DNA from: Candidatus Latescibacterota bacterium
Lineage (GTDB): Bacteria; Latescibacterota; UBA2968; UBA8231
DNA: 64,000 bases
Assembly: GCA_965203355.1 (NCBI GenBank)
Contig: OZ241889.1
Coordinates: 4,096,001-4,160,000, forward strand
Reading direction: 5' to 3'
Under the pieces are notes generated by a model. That model searched no databases and was not told the origin of the DNA. It saw only the letters and a list, made by a program, of their open reading frames with translations. Positions within the stretch are counted from its first letter, which is position 1; each line of letters begins with the position of its first letter. Positions 29,186 through 38,129 of this stretch are shown piece by piece. A program made the translations under genes and the position numbers.

Positions 29186-31849
29186 GTGAACCGTAAATGG
29201 ATATTCCGGGCGGCGATAGCCATCCTATGGCTCGGCAGTGCTGCTGCTAACGCCCAAGAATACGGTGCGCGCATCGGCACCGTCAAAAAGGGTGGGGTGG
29301 TTTCCTTTGAGCCGCAGGGGCCGGGCGTCCTGTTCGGCGCTCTCGACCCGGCCAAGCGCAGGTGGTACGTGCCGCAGGAGCTGCTCAACGAATACCAGTG
29401 GCGGCAGTGGGAATACTCCAATTACGCCCGCGATCACTATCAGCGCTACGTCAGCGCCATCCGCGAAGGCGATTACTACTACGACCTCTACGGCAATCTC
29501 GTCACTAGGGGCTGGCTGGTTTTCAACAACTCGCAAACCCAACCCCGGCAGTTTGGCTCTTCGGTGCTGAAGTCCAGCAATTTCGAGCGCTGGTTTAGTG
29601 GCGTGGTCATCTCAGCCGACTCCAAGGGCCAGCACCACTACGCCTTGACGGCCGGTACCAAGATCCGCTCGACCCTGACGCCGATGACCTTCTCCAAGCC
29701 GCGCTGGGATGGCATTCAATTCGACTACGCAGCCGACAAATACCAAGGCACCCTGATCTACTCGCGCATCAGTCGCCCTGGCGGCACGTCGACCAACGAT
29801 CAAGAGAGCTTGGTCACCAACGCCACATCCATGTTCGGCAGCCGCGCCACCGCGCAGGTGGGCGATTTCGCCACTGTGGGCCTGACCATGGTCAACGCCC
29901 ACCAGTCTAACACGCTCATCGACGGCTTTACCGGCAACCCCTTCACCGGTGAGCTATCAGTCGATCAGAACCAGACCGTTTCGATCATCGAGATCGTCTT
30001 GCGCGACGACAGCCCCGAGGACGGCGTCGGCGGCGCGGCCTTCTTCAGTGCCGGTTCGGACATCATCATCACCTATCTCGACGGCACCCAAGACAACGGC
30101 AAGGCCATCCGCTTTGGGCCGATCATCGAGGGTGGCCTCGTGGGGGAGGGCTTCCTTTCGGCCGATGGGGCCGAGGAGATCCGCCTACGCTACGACTTTG
30201 ACAGCCCGGCCTTTGTCAACCGCGCCTCGGGCACCAAAGAAGAAATCAAAAAGGTCGAGTTCCGCCTCGTGCTGGGCAATGACTATCAGGTCTGGGTCAC
30301 CTCCGACAGCCAGCTCAACGTCGGCGGCGAATCCGTACTCTTGCTCGTCGCCCAAGCTAAGGGCAACGTCCAAGACAATACCAATTTGCAGATCGTCAGT
30401 TTTGACTACGGCCTGCCGACCTCCACCCAAATCTGGGGAGCAACCTTAGAACTGCAACAGGTCCTTGGCTTCGATTTCTACGGCGAGTACGATCTCAACT
30501 ACAACTACACCAAGTATCCCAACGTAGTCGCCAAGACCCACACCACCTTCTCGGGCATCCGCGGCGACCGCGCTGCCGCTGCGTGGATGATGAACCTCTC
30601 GCGGATCGCGTTTCCCTTCTTCTTTTTTGGCGAAGCATACAGCATGGATCCTCGCTACTCTACCCGCACTTTCACCGCCCAAGGCGATGGCTTTATCGAC
30701 TACGAGGACGAACGCATCCACGTCGTCGAACTAGTCGAGGACAACGACGACCAAGACGAATTTCCCGACACCGTGCGCAAAGACTGGCAGGCCGGCGATC
30801 CGAGCGTCTTCCCCGGTTGGGACGAGAACAACGACTTCATCTCGGATTTCAACCAGAACGACAACCGCTTCTTGAGCAACCTCATCCCAGACTACGAGGA
30901 GCCGTTCCTGCGCCACAACGTCGATCGGCCCGAATTCCTCTTCGGCATCGACCTGAACAACAACCTGTGGGTCGACCGCTTTGAAAACGACGAACTGCCC
31001 GACTACCCCTACAAGCGGGATCACCAAGGGTACAACGCCTACGGCGGCGTCCACTTCACCCCGGAACTACGGTTGATGGTTGGCGTCTTGCGCGAGGATC
31101 TCATTTCTTCCAACCAAAAAAACCACGCCAATTACGTCCTGCTAACCCTCGATCGCGACACCCCGGCTTGGGGTCGCTTCCGCGTCTTTGAGATGCTCAA
31201 ATCCACTACCGACGACATTCCCGACGATCTCTTGCAGTGGCTGCCCAACGCCAATATCCGCACTGGTGAACCGACCAAAGTCGAAGATCCGCTCATCGCA
31301 CGCGACGCTTGGATCAACAGCCTCTGGATCGGCCACGACTACAAGCTGCGCGGCCTGCTGACGGCCAACTACCTCAAATACGATTTGTATCACCAGCGGC
31401 TCAGCGCCAATGAACGCGCGCTGTTGGGCCTGCGCGAGCGCGACTTTTTCTTTGGCCTAATCAACAAAATCAGCTATCGCTTCGACTTTGGGCACCTGTG
31501 GCTGGAGCCGCGCTGGAAAAGCGAGTACCGCCGCCAGAGCCGCGACCTGATTTCGGCCGACGAGCGCACTGAACTGGCCGAGATTGGCGGCTTCGTCCTC
31601 GGCTTTCCCCTGCTCAGCCACACGACCCTGCTGAGCGGGCTAGAGTTGACTTTTCTCAACGACCTGAAGCGCGATTCCAACGACTTCAATGGCCTAGTCT
31701 GGGCCTTGCAGTTGGCCAATATCTCCGATTATCTCGGCTATAAGGTCACGACCCATGCGGGCATGAAAATCGACCGCCGCCAGCCCCGGGGCGAGGACGC
31801 GATGATTATTAACCAAATTTTTATTTCGATCTACGCGGGCTTGCAATAA
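29186..31849 (+). CDS. Large exported protein, probable outer-membrane beta-barrel with acidic Ca-binding loops
   Basis: GTG start after GGAGG; signal peptide (ANA-Q); amphipathic aromatic beta-strands; DNDDQD, DENND and DLNNN motifs; C-terminal FISIYAGLQ. Confidence 0.6.
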   Translation: MNRKWIFRAAIAILWLGSAAANAQEYGARIGTVKKGGVVSFEPQGPGVLFGALDPAKRRWYVPQELLNEYQWRQWEYSNYARDHYQRYVSAIREGDYYYDLYGNLVTRGWLVFNNSQTQPRQFGSSVLKSSNFERWFSGVVISADSKGQHHYALTAGTKIRSTLTPMTFSKPRWDGIQFDYAADKYQGTLIYSRISRPGGTSTNDQESLVTNATSMFGSRATAQVGDFATVGLTMVNAHQSNTLIDGFTGNPFTGELSVDQNQTVSIIEIVLRDDSPEDGVGGAAFFSAGSDIIITYLDGTQDNGKAIRFGPIIEGGLVGEGFLSADGAEEIRLRYDFDSPAFVNRASGTKEEIKKVEFRLVLGNDYQVWVTSDSQLNVGGESVLLLVAQAKGNVQDNTNLQIVSFDYGLPTSTQIWGATLELQQVLGFDFYGEYDLNYNYTKYPNVVAKTHTTFSGIRGDRAAAAWMMNLSRIAFPFFFFGEAYSMDPRYSTRTFTAQGDGFIDYEDERIHVVELVEDNDDQDEFPDTVRKDWQAGDPSVFPGWDENNDFISDFNQNDNRFLSNLIPDYEEPFLRHNVDRPEFLFGIDLNNNLWVDRFENDELPDYPYKRDHQGYNAYGGVHFTPELRLMVGVLREDLISSNQKNHANYVLLTLDRDTPAWGRFRVFEMLKSTTDDIPDDLLQWLPNANIRTGEPTKVEDPLIARDAWINSLWIGHDYKLRGLLTANYLKYDLYHQRLSANERALLGLRERDFFFGLINKISYRFDFGHLWLEPRWKSEYRRQSRDLISADERTELAEIGGFVLGFPLLSHTTLLSGLELTFLNDLKRDSNDFNGLVWALQLANISDYLGYKVTTHAGMKIDRRQPRGEDAMIINQIFISIYAGLQ

Positions 31850-31862
31850 GCGCGTAGTGCCC

Positions 31863-34076
31863 ATGGCTAGACGCTGGATGTTCGTGGGGGGGGTGGCCGT
31901 CTTTGCGCTCGCCCTCTCGGTGCGTCTGTACTACCTCCAAGAAATACGCACCAACCCGATTTTCACCGCACCCGTCGTCGATGCCCTCACCTATGTCGAG
32001 GAAGCGCGCTACTTCAGCGAAGTCTCCTTTGCGGGGCGGGCCGCGCCCTTCTGGCAACCGCCGCTCTACCCTGTGCTGCTCGGCGTCCTCTTTGCGCTCG
32101 CCGGGGACGACCTCTACCTGCCGCGACTCATCCAAGCCGTCATCGGCGCGGTCGTCTGCGTTCTCATCTGTCTGTTGGGATACCGGGTTTTTGGCGCGGG
32201 AATCGGGCTCGGCGCGGGGATTGCCGCGGCATTGTACGGTCCCTTCATCTACTTTGGCGGCGAATTGCTGCCAACTTTGCTAGCCTGTTGCCTCAACTTG
32301 CTCGCGCTGTTGCTCGCAATCAACGCGGATGGCTGGACGCGCTGGCTAGCAGCCGGGGTGCTGCTGGGCCTGTCCGCGCTCGCCGTGGCCAATGTGCTGC
32401 TCTTTGCGCCCGTGCTGTTGGGCTATCTCTACTGGCGACAGCGGCGGCTCCACCCGCCCGCTGTGCTGCTCTTGGGCTGTGCGCTGGTCATCGCACCGGT
32501 CGCGTATCGCAACTGGGCGGTCGGCGGCGATAGTGTGCTCATCTCGCACAACGCGGGCATCAACTTTTACATCGGCAACAACGCCGACTACGAACAAACG
32601 ACCCGCATCCGCCCGGGGCGGGCTTGGATCGAACTGGTGGAAATGCCCGAGTACCGCGCCGACATTGAGCGGCCTTCAGCCAAATCGCGCTATTTTTTTG
32701 CCCAATCTTGGCAATACATAACCTCCGAGCCGCTCGATTTCTTGGGCTTGCTGGCGTACAAGGGCTACCTATTTCTGCGCGGCGACGAAATCCCGCGCAA
32801 TCGCGACCTCTACTTTGCCCGCAACGACTCTGCGCTTTTGTCGATCCTGCTGTGGAAAAAGGGACTGGCGTTTCCCTTCGGCTTGGTCGCCCCGTTGGCA
32901 CTTTTGGGACTTTTCGCCGCTCTGCGTACCTCCGAGTCTCCCGAGGAGCGCTTGCTGGCACTCTTTGTAGCTTGCTATGCACTTTCTGTGGTCCTGTTTT
33001 TCGTCACCGGACGCTACCGTCTGCCGGCCGTGCCCGTGCTGTTGCTGTTTGCAGCTTGTGGGGTGCGCATCCTGTGGCAACGGCCTTGGCCCGCGCTCGC
33101 CGCCGTTGCCGCACTCTTGATCTTTTGCAATGTAGCCACGGGCGCGATGGACCGAGCGGGCGATGCCCACGAGCACTACTATCTCGGCTACGCCTACGAG
33201 AAACGGGCCATGCCGGCCCACGCCGCCCGCCACTACCGCCACGCCATTGCTCGCGACCCTACCTTCGCCGAACCACTCCTCGCACTCGCGGCACTCCACA
33301 GCGAGGCCGAGCGCTACGGCAAGGCCCTTGAACTCTATCGTCGCTACCTTGAGACGCAGCCCCACGACGCGGATGTGCGGTTTCTCCTAGGCCACACCGC
33401 CCTGCTCGCTCGGCACTACGACGAGGCGGCGGCCGCGTACTCCGAGGTCGCAACGGCGCGGCCCAACTGGGCAGCCGCACACGGGGGCCTCGGCTACGCC
33501 CTCCTGATGGCAGACCAACCTCAACGTGCCGCCCAAGCGTATAGCCGCACACTCGAACTGAATCCAGACTCGACTCTCGTGCGCTATCAACTAGCCCGTC
33601 TGTACGCGGCGCAGGGACAAAATCGCCAGGCCATGGCCGAGTTAGAGCAACTCGTGCAACGCGAGCCGCACGTGCCCGAGTACCCAACCCGCCTCGCCGA
33701 CTTGCTCATCCAACTTGAACAAGGAACGGCCATGGCCCTCGGGCCGACCGACCGACTGGCAGAGGCCGAGAAACTCTTGCGCCGCGCCATCGCGCTTGAT
33801 GCCAAGGCCGCGCATCCCCATTGGAGCTTGGGTATGCTCTACGCCCGCCAAGGCCGCTATGCAGAAGCTGTGCCCCTGTTTGAGCATCTGCGCCAGATCG
33901 CCCCGCGCGACTACCAGGCCCATCTATTCCTCGGGCATCTCTACCAACGCACCGGACGCCCAGCCGACGCGGCGGCCCAATTCGCGGCCTTTAGCCGCAG
34001 CCAGCGCGCCTATCGAATGGAAAAGGTGGCACGCCGGGAAATGGAAGCCCAAATCGAACAAATTTTCGGCGGTTGA
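31863..34076 (+). CDS. GT-C fold (ArnT/PMT-like) membrane glycosyltransferase with C-terminal TPRs
   Basis: DALTY, PFWQPPLYP..L, many TMs, GINFYIGNN, FFV..RYRLP, TPR tail. Confidence 0.82.
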   Translation: MARRWMFVGGVAVFALALSVRLYYLQEIRTNPIFTAPVVDALTYVEEARYFSEVSFAGRAAPFWQPPLYPVLLGVLFALAGDDLYLPRLIQAVIGAVVCVLICLLGYRVFGAGIGLGAGIAAALYGPFIYFGGELLPTLLACCLNLLALLLAINADGWTRWLAAGVLLGLSALAVANVLLFAPVLLGYLYWRQRRLHPPAVLLLGCALVIAPVAYRNWAVGGDSVLISHNAGINFYIGNNADYEQTTRIRPGRAWIELVEMPEYRADIERPSAKSRYFFAQSWQYITSEPLDFLGLLAYKGYLFLRGDEIPRNRDLYFARNDSALLSILLWKKGLAFPFGLVAPLALLGLFAALRTSESPEERLLALFVACYALSVVLFFVTGRYRLPAVPVLLLFAACGVRILWQRPWPALAAVAALLIFCNVATGAMDRAGDAHEHYYLGYAYEKRAMPAHAARHYRHAIARDPTFAEPLLALAALHSEAERYGKALELYRRYLETQPHDADVRFLLGHTALLARHYDEAAAAYSEVATARPNWAAAHGGLGYALLMADQPQRAAQAYSRTLELNPDSTLVRYQLARLYAAQGQNRQAMAELEQLVQREPHVPEYPTRLADLLIQLEQGTAMALGPTDRLAEAEKLLRRAIALDAKAAHPHWSLGMLYARQGRYAEAVPLFEHLRQIAPRDYQAHLFLGHLYQRTGRPADAAAQFAAFSRSQRAYRMEKVARREMEAQIEQIFGG

Positions 34077-34307
34077 TTGCTCCAATGCGTACTCGAACAG
34101 TTGCTTCTGTATCTCTAAGCTCATGCGAGCATGTACCTCTTCGCGCCCAACGAGCGGAGCGAAGTCCGTTGCATTATTGGTGGCAATTACACACTCATCC
34201 TCGACAGCGCGTCGCACAAGGGTCCATCTTACTTAGCGAATAACGTGCGTCGCCTGATAGACCTGAGTTTGAGCGATTGCTACGAGATCGGAAATGATGC
34301 GATACAC
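34077..34307 (-). pseudogene. Degraded DUF5615/PIN-like toxin gene
   Basis: SDLVAIAQ...ATHVIR*VRWTLVRRAVEDECVIATNNATDF..L...EVHA, with an in-frame TAA at 34233-34235 and no intact N-terminus. Confidence 0.6.
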
Positions 34308-34375
34308 GTACTTTACGGGAACTTCCGCAACTAGATCGTGATATCCAGCCATTTCTAGTACGCAACCGCTGCGAT

Positions 34376-35764
34376 TTACTTAAGCTTGCGCTGCTCCTTT
34401 TCAATGATCTCCAGTTGCGCCTCTAGTGCGTCATAGTATTCGGGCAGCGGTTCCACATCCATCAGCACATCCACACCTTGCTGCTGGCAGTTAGTGAATA
34501 GGATCATGCCACCTTCGCTCGGTTCCTCCGCGTCCTGCACTGCTTTGCGTAGGTCCGCATAGAAGGAGTGCCTATCTGCACGCTCGGCCTTTAGTTCCTT
34601 AGATGCCATTCTATAAAATGTGGTCTCTGCACTTGGGAAAACCATTCGCTTGAAGAAACCCTCCTCGGCGATTCCATTGGCCGCAACTGCTAGGGGCTGC
34701 TCAAAAAACGAGTCCATGGCACCTACGACATTACTGAATAGCTCCACAAACGCGTCTCGAAACTCGGTAGCCAGATACTGAAGCTCCTCAATATATCTCC
34801 GCAGATGGCGTTCCTTGAACCATCCGCTGATCCCCTTGCCAGTGAAGATGCCGGCCAAACTACCTAGTATTGGTAGGACAACCGCTGATAGGCCTCCGGT
34901 CACGGGTGCCAACGCTAGGCCCCAACCAAGACCAGCCGTGCCTCCGAGCCAACCACCAACACCGCTGGCAGCCGTGTCCAGCGCGGTATGTTCTGCTGCG
35001 GTCTTGAGATCGACGTCGCCTTTGCGCCATTTATGGATATTCTTACATGTGTTAATGGCCAACGAAATGAAGGGGATGCTATCAATTCCATCTCCGAGGT
35101 CGGCTATCGCCTTAAACGTATCGCCTGTGGCGTCAGACACTTCCTGAGACGAAAGTTGAACTATTCTAACGCGGGGATTATCGCTGAAGTAGTCGGCCAT
35201 TTCTCGAGTTGTTATTACGTCAATATCTGGATATTTGTCGAGGTGTTCTTGAATGTAATGCGGATCGTCTGTGATCTTAACATTATATGGTTTTCCATCT
35301 GCTATAAGATCTAGTCCCTCGGTAGTGCCTGACTCTGGCATCTCGACGTTATGGCCGGACTCTCGAAGGTGCTCAGCCACCCTCTCCTCGCCGGTGTAGC
35401 CCTTGTACTTGTCAAGCATCTGTTTCCAAGCTTCGTCGCCAGGTTTGGACTTAATAATATTGCTTTTCATAAAGTCCATGAGTTCGCCAAGGTTATTGAA
35501 GTTTTGTGCCTGATGTAGATGATCTATTCCCCGCAGAACGTTGGGGTCCAGTTTCATCATGTTGTAGAGCACATCAAACACGCTTACACCTGTCACTAAA
35601 ACTCCGTCCACCCTAAATTCTCTCGCCACGCGTGCTCGTAGCGAATCGTCAACCTCGAGCGTCTTTGTAAGGAAGGCCCGATGGTGCGATCGCCGGATAT
35701 GTGAGACTGTGCCAAGCGAGACAGCCACAAGACCTGCTATTGTTATCGAGAGTATTATTTCCAT
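34376..35764 (-). CDS. Low-GC hypothetical protein: N-terminal TM, PD-(D/E)XK-like segment, glycine-zipper hydrophobic hairpin
   Basis: KGYTGE..VA..L...G..V......GLDLIADGKPYNVK; GGWLGGTAGLGWGLALAPVTGG. GC is visibly lower than the flanks. Confidence 0.7.
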   Translation of the reverse strand: MEIILSITIAGLVAVSLGTVSHIRRSHHRAFLTKTLEVDDSLRARVAREFRVDGVLVTGVSVFDVLYNMMKLDPNVLRGIDHLHQAQNFNNLGELMDFMKSNIIKSKPGDEAWKQMLDKYKGYTGEERVAEHLRESGHNVEMPESGTTEGLDLIADGKPYNVKITDDPHYIQEHLDKYPDIDVITTREMADYFSDNPRVRIVQLSSQEVSDATGDTFKAIADLGDGIDSIPFISLAINTCKNIHKWRKGDVDLKTAAEHTALDTAASGVGGWLGGTAGLGWGLALAPVTGGLSAVVLPILGSLAGIFTGKGISGWFKERHLRRYIEELQYLATEFRDAFVELFSNVVGAMDSFFEQPLAVAANGIAEEGFFKRMVFPSAETTFYRMASKELKAERADRHSFYADLRKAVQDAEEPSEGGMILFTNCQQQGVDVLMDVEPLPEYYDALEAQLEIIEKEQRKLK

Positions 35765-35890
35765 CAATAGTACCTACTTCGCGTTTTGCTCCACAACGCG
35801 GTTCGTTCATTCAGTCTGGTTCGCGGCGGGCGCGAGCACCAAACAGCACGGCTGTCGGCGCAGCCCAGTAGATGCGCTATTTATAACTTC

Positions 35891-37990
35891 TTAGTACGCC
35901 ACGGCCACGACGTGGCTTTGCTCGGCGGCACCCGAATCCCCCGAAACAAAAACGCGCGCTACGTACAGACCCGGAGGAACCGGCTGGCCTTGATCGTCGC
36001 GGCCATCCCACACTTTGTCTGTGTAGCGACCGTTGGTCTCTTCACCGTCAAAAAGGACGCGCACCCGCCGACCGCTCAAATCGTAGAGCGCGACCTCGAC
36101 CGGCCGTGGGGTACTCAACGCCAGCAGATTGTAGTGGATGATCGCCTCGTCGTTAATGCCGTCGCCATTGGGAGTAAAGGGGTTGGGCGCAGCCTGCACT
36201 CGACCCAAGAGTTGCCCTTCGGCCAATACGGACGAGCTGAGTACTGTGGTACTGGAAAAGGCGTCCTCGTCCCCGGCGCCCAAAAAGGCCACATTGCCTG
36301 AGTCAATGACTTGGGCTGCACCCGATTCGGTTGTAAGCCGGGCCGCCGCGGTGAAGTTGGTGCTGTACGTCAGCACGTTGGTTTGGAAGCGAATTTGCAC
36401 CTGGGTCTGGTCGTCGGTCACCACCGGGAAGCGCACGGCAAAATGGTCGTCGGCAACCTCGGCAATGGCGAACTCTTCGCTGGCCGCGTCAAAGCGGTCG
36501 AATTGGTGTGCGGCCACGACCGCGCCAGCACCATCGAGAATCTGCACCGCGTCAATACTCGATACGCGCGTCGGCGTGTCGATCTCAATGGTGTCGAAAC
36601 CGCGCAGGCCGTCCGTACCCATAGCGGCGCGCACGGCAAAGGTAAAGGGCACTTCCTCAGATACCTGTACCTCGCGTGGAAAAACCTCGCCGACCAAGGC
36701 ATCGGCAAACGGCGGTGTCAACAAGTCAAAGCTCAGCGACTTGATCGCGCGCGCGGCCTCTAGGTCACTGCTATTAAAAACTACCTCAAACTGCATGTAG
36801 CGGCGCGGGCTAGGCGAGACAATGGGCCGGCCCGGGCCGTTGGCTGCGTCCGCCGGATAAGGCGTGCTGAAGGGACTCCAATTGATCAAGTCGTCGGTCA
36901 CGGCCCCGGCCATCCACTCGCGGCCCGCGGCGTCGATGATGGGCGTCTGCCCGGCCCGTTGGGGCAATTTACGATACTCGGCTAGGCCCATCTCCTCTCC
37001 GGGGTTTTCCAGCGAAAAAGGAATGTCCTCGGAGTCTTGCTTGCCGCGCAGACGACGGGTGTACACAAAGGGCGAGATGTCCGTGCCGGTGCGCGTGCGG
37101 ATCTGCGCACTGGAGAAGCGCGGATCGCCCAACACCTCTTCCACCCAACGCAGCGTTCCCCACACGGCGGGTTGCCCGGCGTCGAAAATGTCCGACACAT
37201 ATTGAGCCTGCGACAAAAAGCCCTTGCCGAAAACCTCGATCTCGTCGATCTCAAAATCTACCGGCGAAGTCGCGCGCAAGCGCAGGTGTTGGACGTAACG
37301 CGGCGGGTCGAGCGGCACGTCGATAACCGCGACTTGGTTGTCGGTTTCGGCGATCAGTGGCCTCCAGATGGGCGTGTTCTCGCCGGTCAGGTTCAGGCCG
37401 TCGTTGGTAAAAAGCTCATACGCCCGCAGGTAGTCGTTTTGGAAGGGGGTCGAGGGCGAGGGTACGACCGTGTTGCGCGGATAGATGCGGATGCGCTCCA
37501 CCCCAAAGCGCGCTCCTAAGTTGAGCAGAACTAGGATGCCCAGGGCATTCTGATTCTTGCGCTCAAAGGCCAACAGCTCGCCGCCCGCCTCGTCCGAGAG
37601 CAGCTCCTTTAGCATCATCTCCAAGTCGAGCGGCTTGAACGTGCCGCTGAAGTCGAAGACATTGGGCGATACAATGTCGCCGCCGCGCTCAATGGTGCCG
37701 ACGGCCACGTTCTCTCCCTCGGCAATGCGCCGGGGCAGGATGCTGTGCGGGAAATCGTCGCGGGCGAATTCGACTAAGTCGCCGGGCGCATTGCCCACCA
37801 GCAAGTTGTTGGGGTCCAAAGGGGAGCGGTGCTCGGCGTCAATGGTGGTGACGACCGCCTCGCCTTCGCCCTGCCAGTCCAAATCGCCGCCCCCCCCAAT
37901 CGAGACCGCGTCGAGAGCCAAACTTCCGCTCGGCAGCCAGAACACTAAGACGAAGCCGACGGCCGCAGCACAATGCGCTTTCATGTCCAT
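35891..37990 (-). CDS. Exported protein with FlgD/gliding-motility-like C-terminal domain (AVAY paralog 2)
   Basis: Signal peptide; EIDEIEVFGKGF; IRTRTG...WSPFS; PNPFTPNGDGIND...VVAVAY. Confidence 0.75.
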   Translation of the reverse strand: MDMKAHCAAAVGFVLVFWLPSGSLALDAVSIGGGGDLDWQGEGEAVVTTIDAEHRSPLDPNNLLVGNAPGDLVEFARDDFPHSILPRRIAEGENVAVGTIERGGDIVSPNVFDFSGTFKPLDLEMMLKELLSDEAGGELLAFERKNQNALGILVLLNLGARFGVERIRIYPRNTVVPSPSTPFQNDYLRAYELFTNDGLNLTGENTPIWRPLIAETDNQVAVIDVPLDPPRYVQHLRLRATSPVDFEIDEIEVFGKGFLSQAQYVSDIFDAGQPAVWGTLRWVEEVLGDPRFSSAQIRTRTGTDISPFVYTRRLRGKQDSEDIPFSLENPGEEMGLAEYRKLPQRAGQTPIIDAAGREWMAGAVTDDLINWSPFSTPYPADAANGPGRPIVSPSPRRYMQFEVVFNSSDLEAARAIKSLSFDLLTPPFADALVGEVFPREVQVSEEVPFTFAVRAAMGTDGLRGFDTIEIDTPTRVSSIDAVQILDGAGAVVAAHQFDRFDAASEEFAIAEVADDHFAVRFPVVTDDQTQVQIRFQTNVLTYSTNFTAAARLTTESGAAQVIDSGNVAFLGAGDEDAFSSTTVLSSSVLAEGQLLGRVQAAPNPFTPNGDGINDEAIIHYNLLALSTPRPVEVALYDLSGRRVRVLFDGEETNGRYTDKVWDGRDDQGQPVPPGLYVARVFVSGDSGAAEQSHVVAVAY

Positions 37991-38129
37991 CCTCCGTGCG
38001 ATTTGCTACATAAAGCAACCAAAGTACAGGCACAAATCAAGTTAAACGCGACTCGCCATGCACCTATCCGAACTTGCTAAACCGCCCGTTTCCTTGTTTA
38101 TATTACCCGCATTTCAAGAAAGAGACGCC

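Noticed and set aside
35768-35890. Integron attC site before the low-GC gene
   Set aside because: A GTTGTGG is present on the minus strand, but there is no complementary RYYYAAC end and no integrase.
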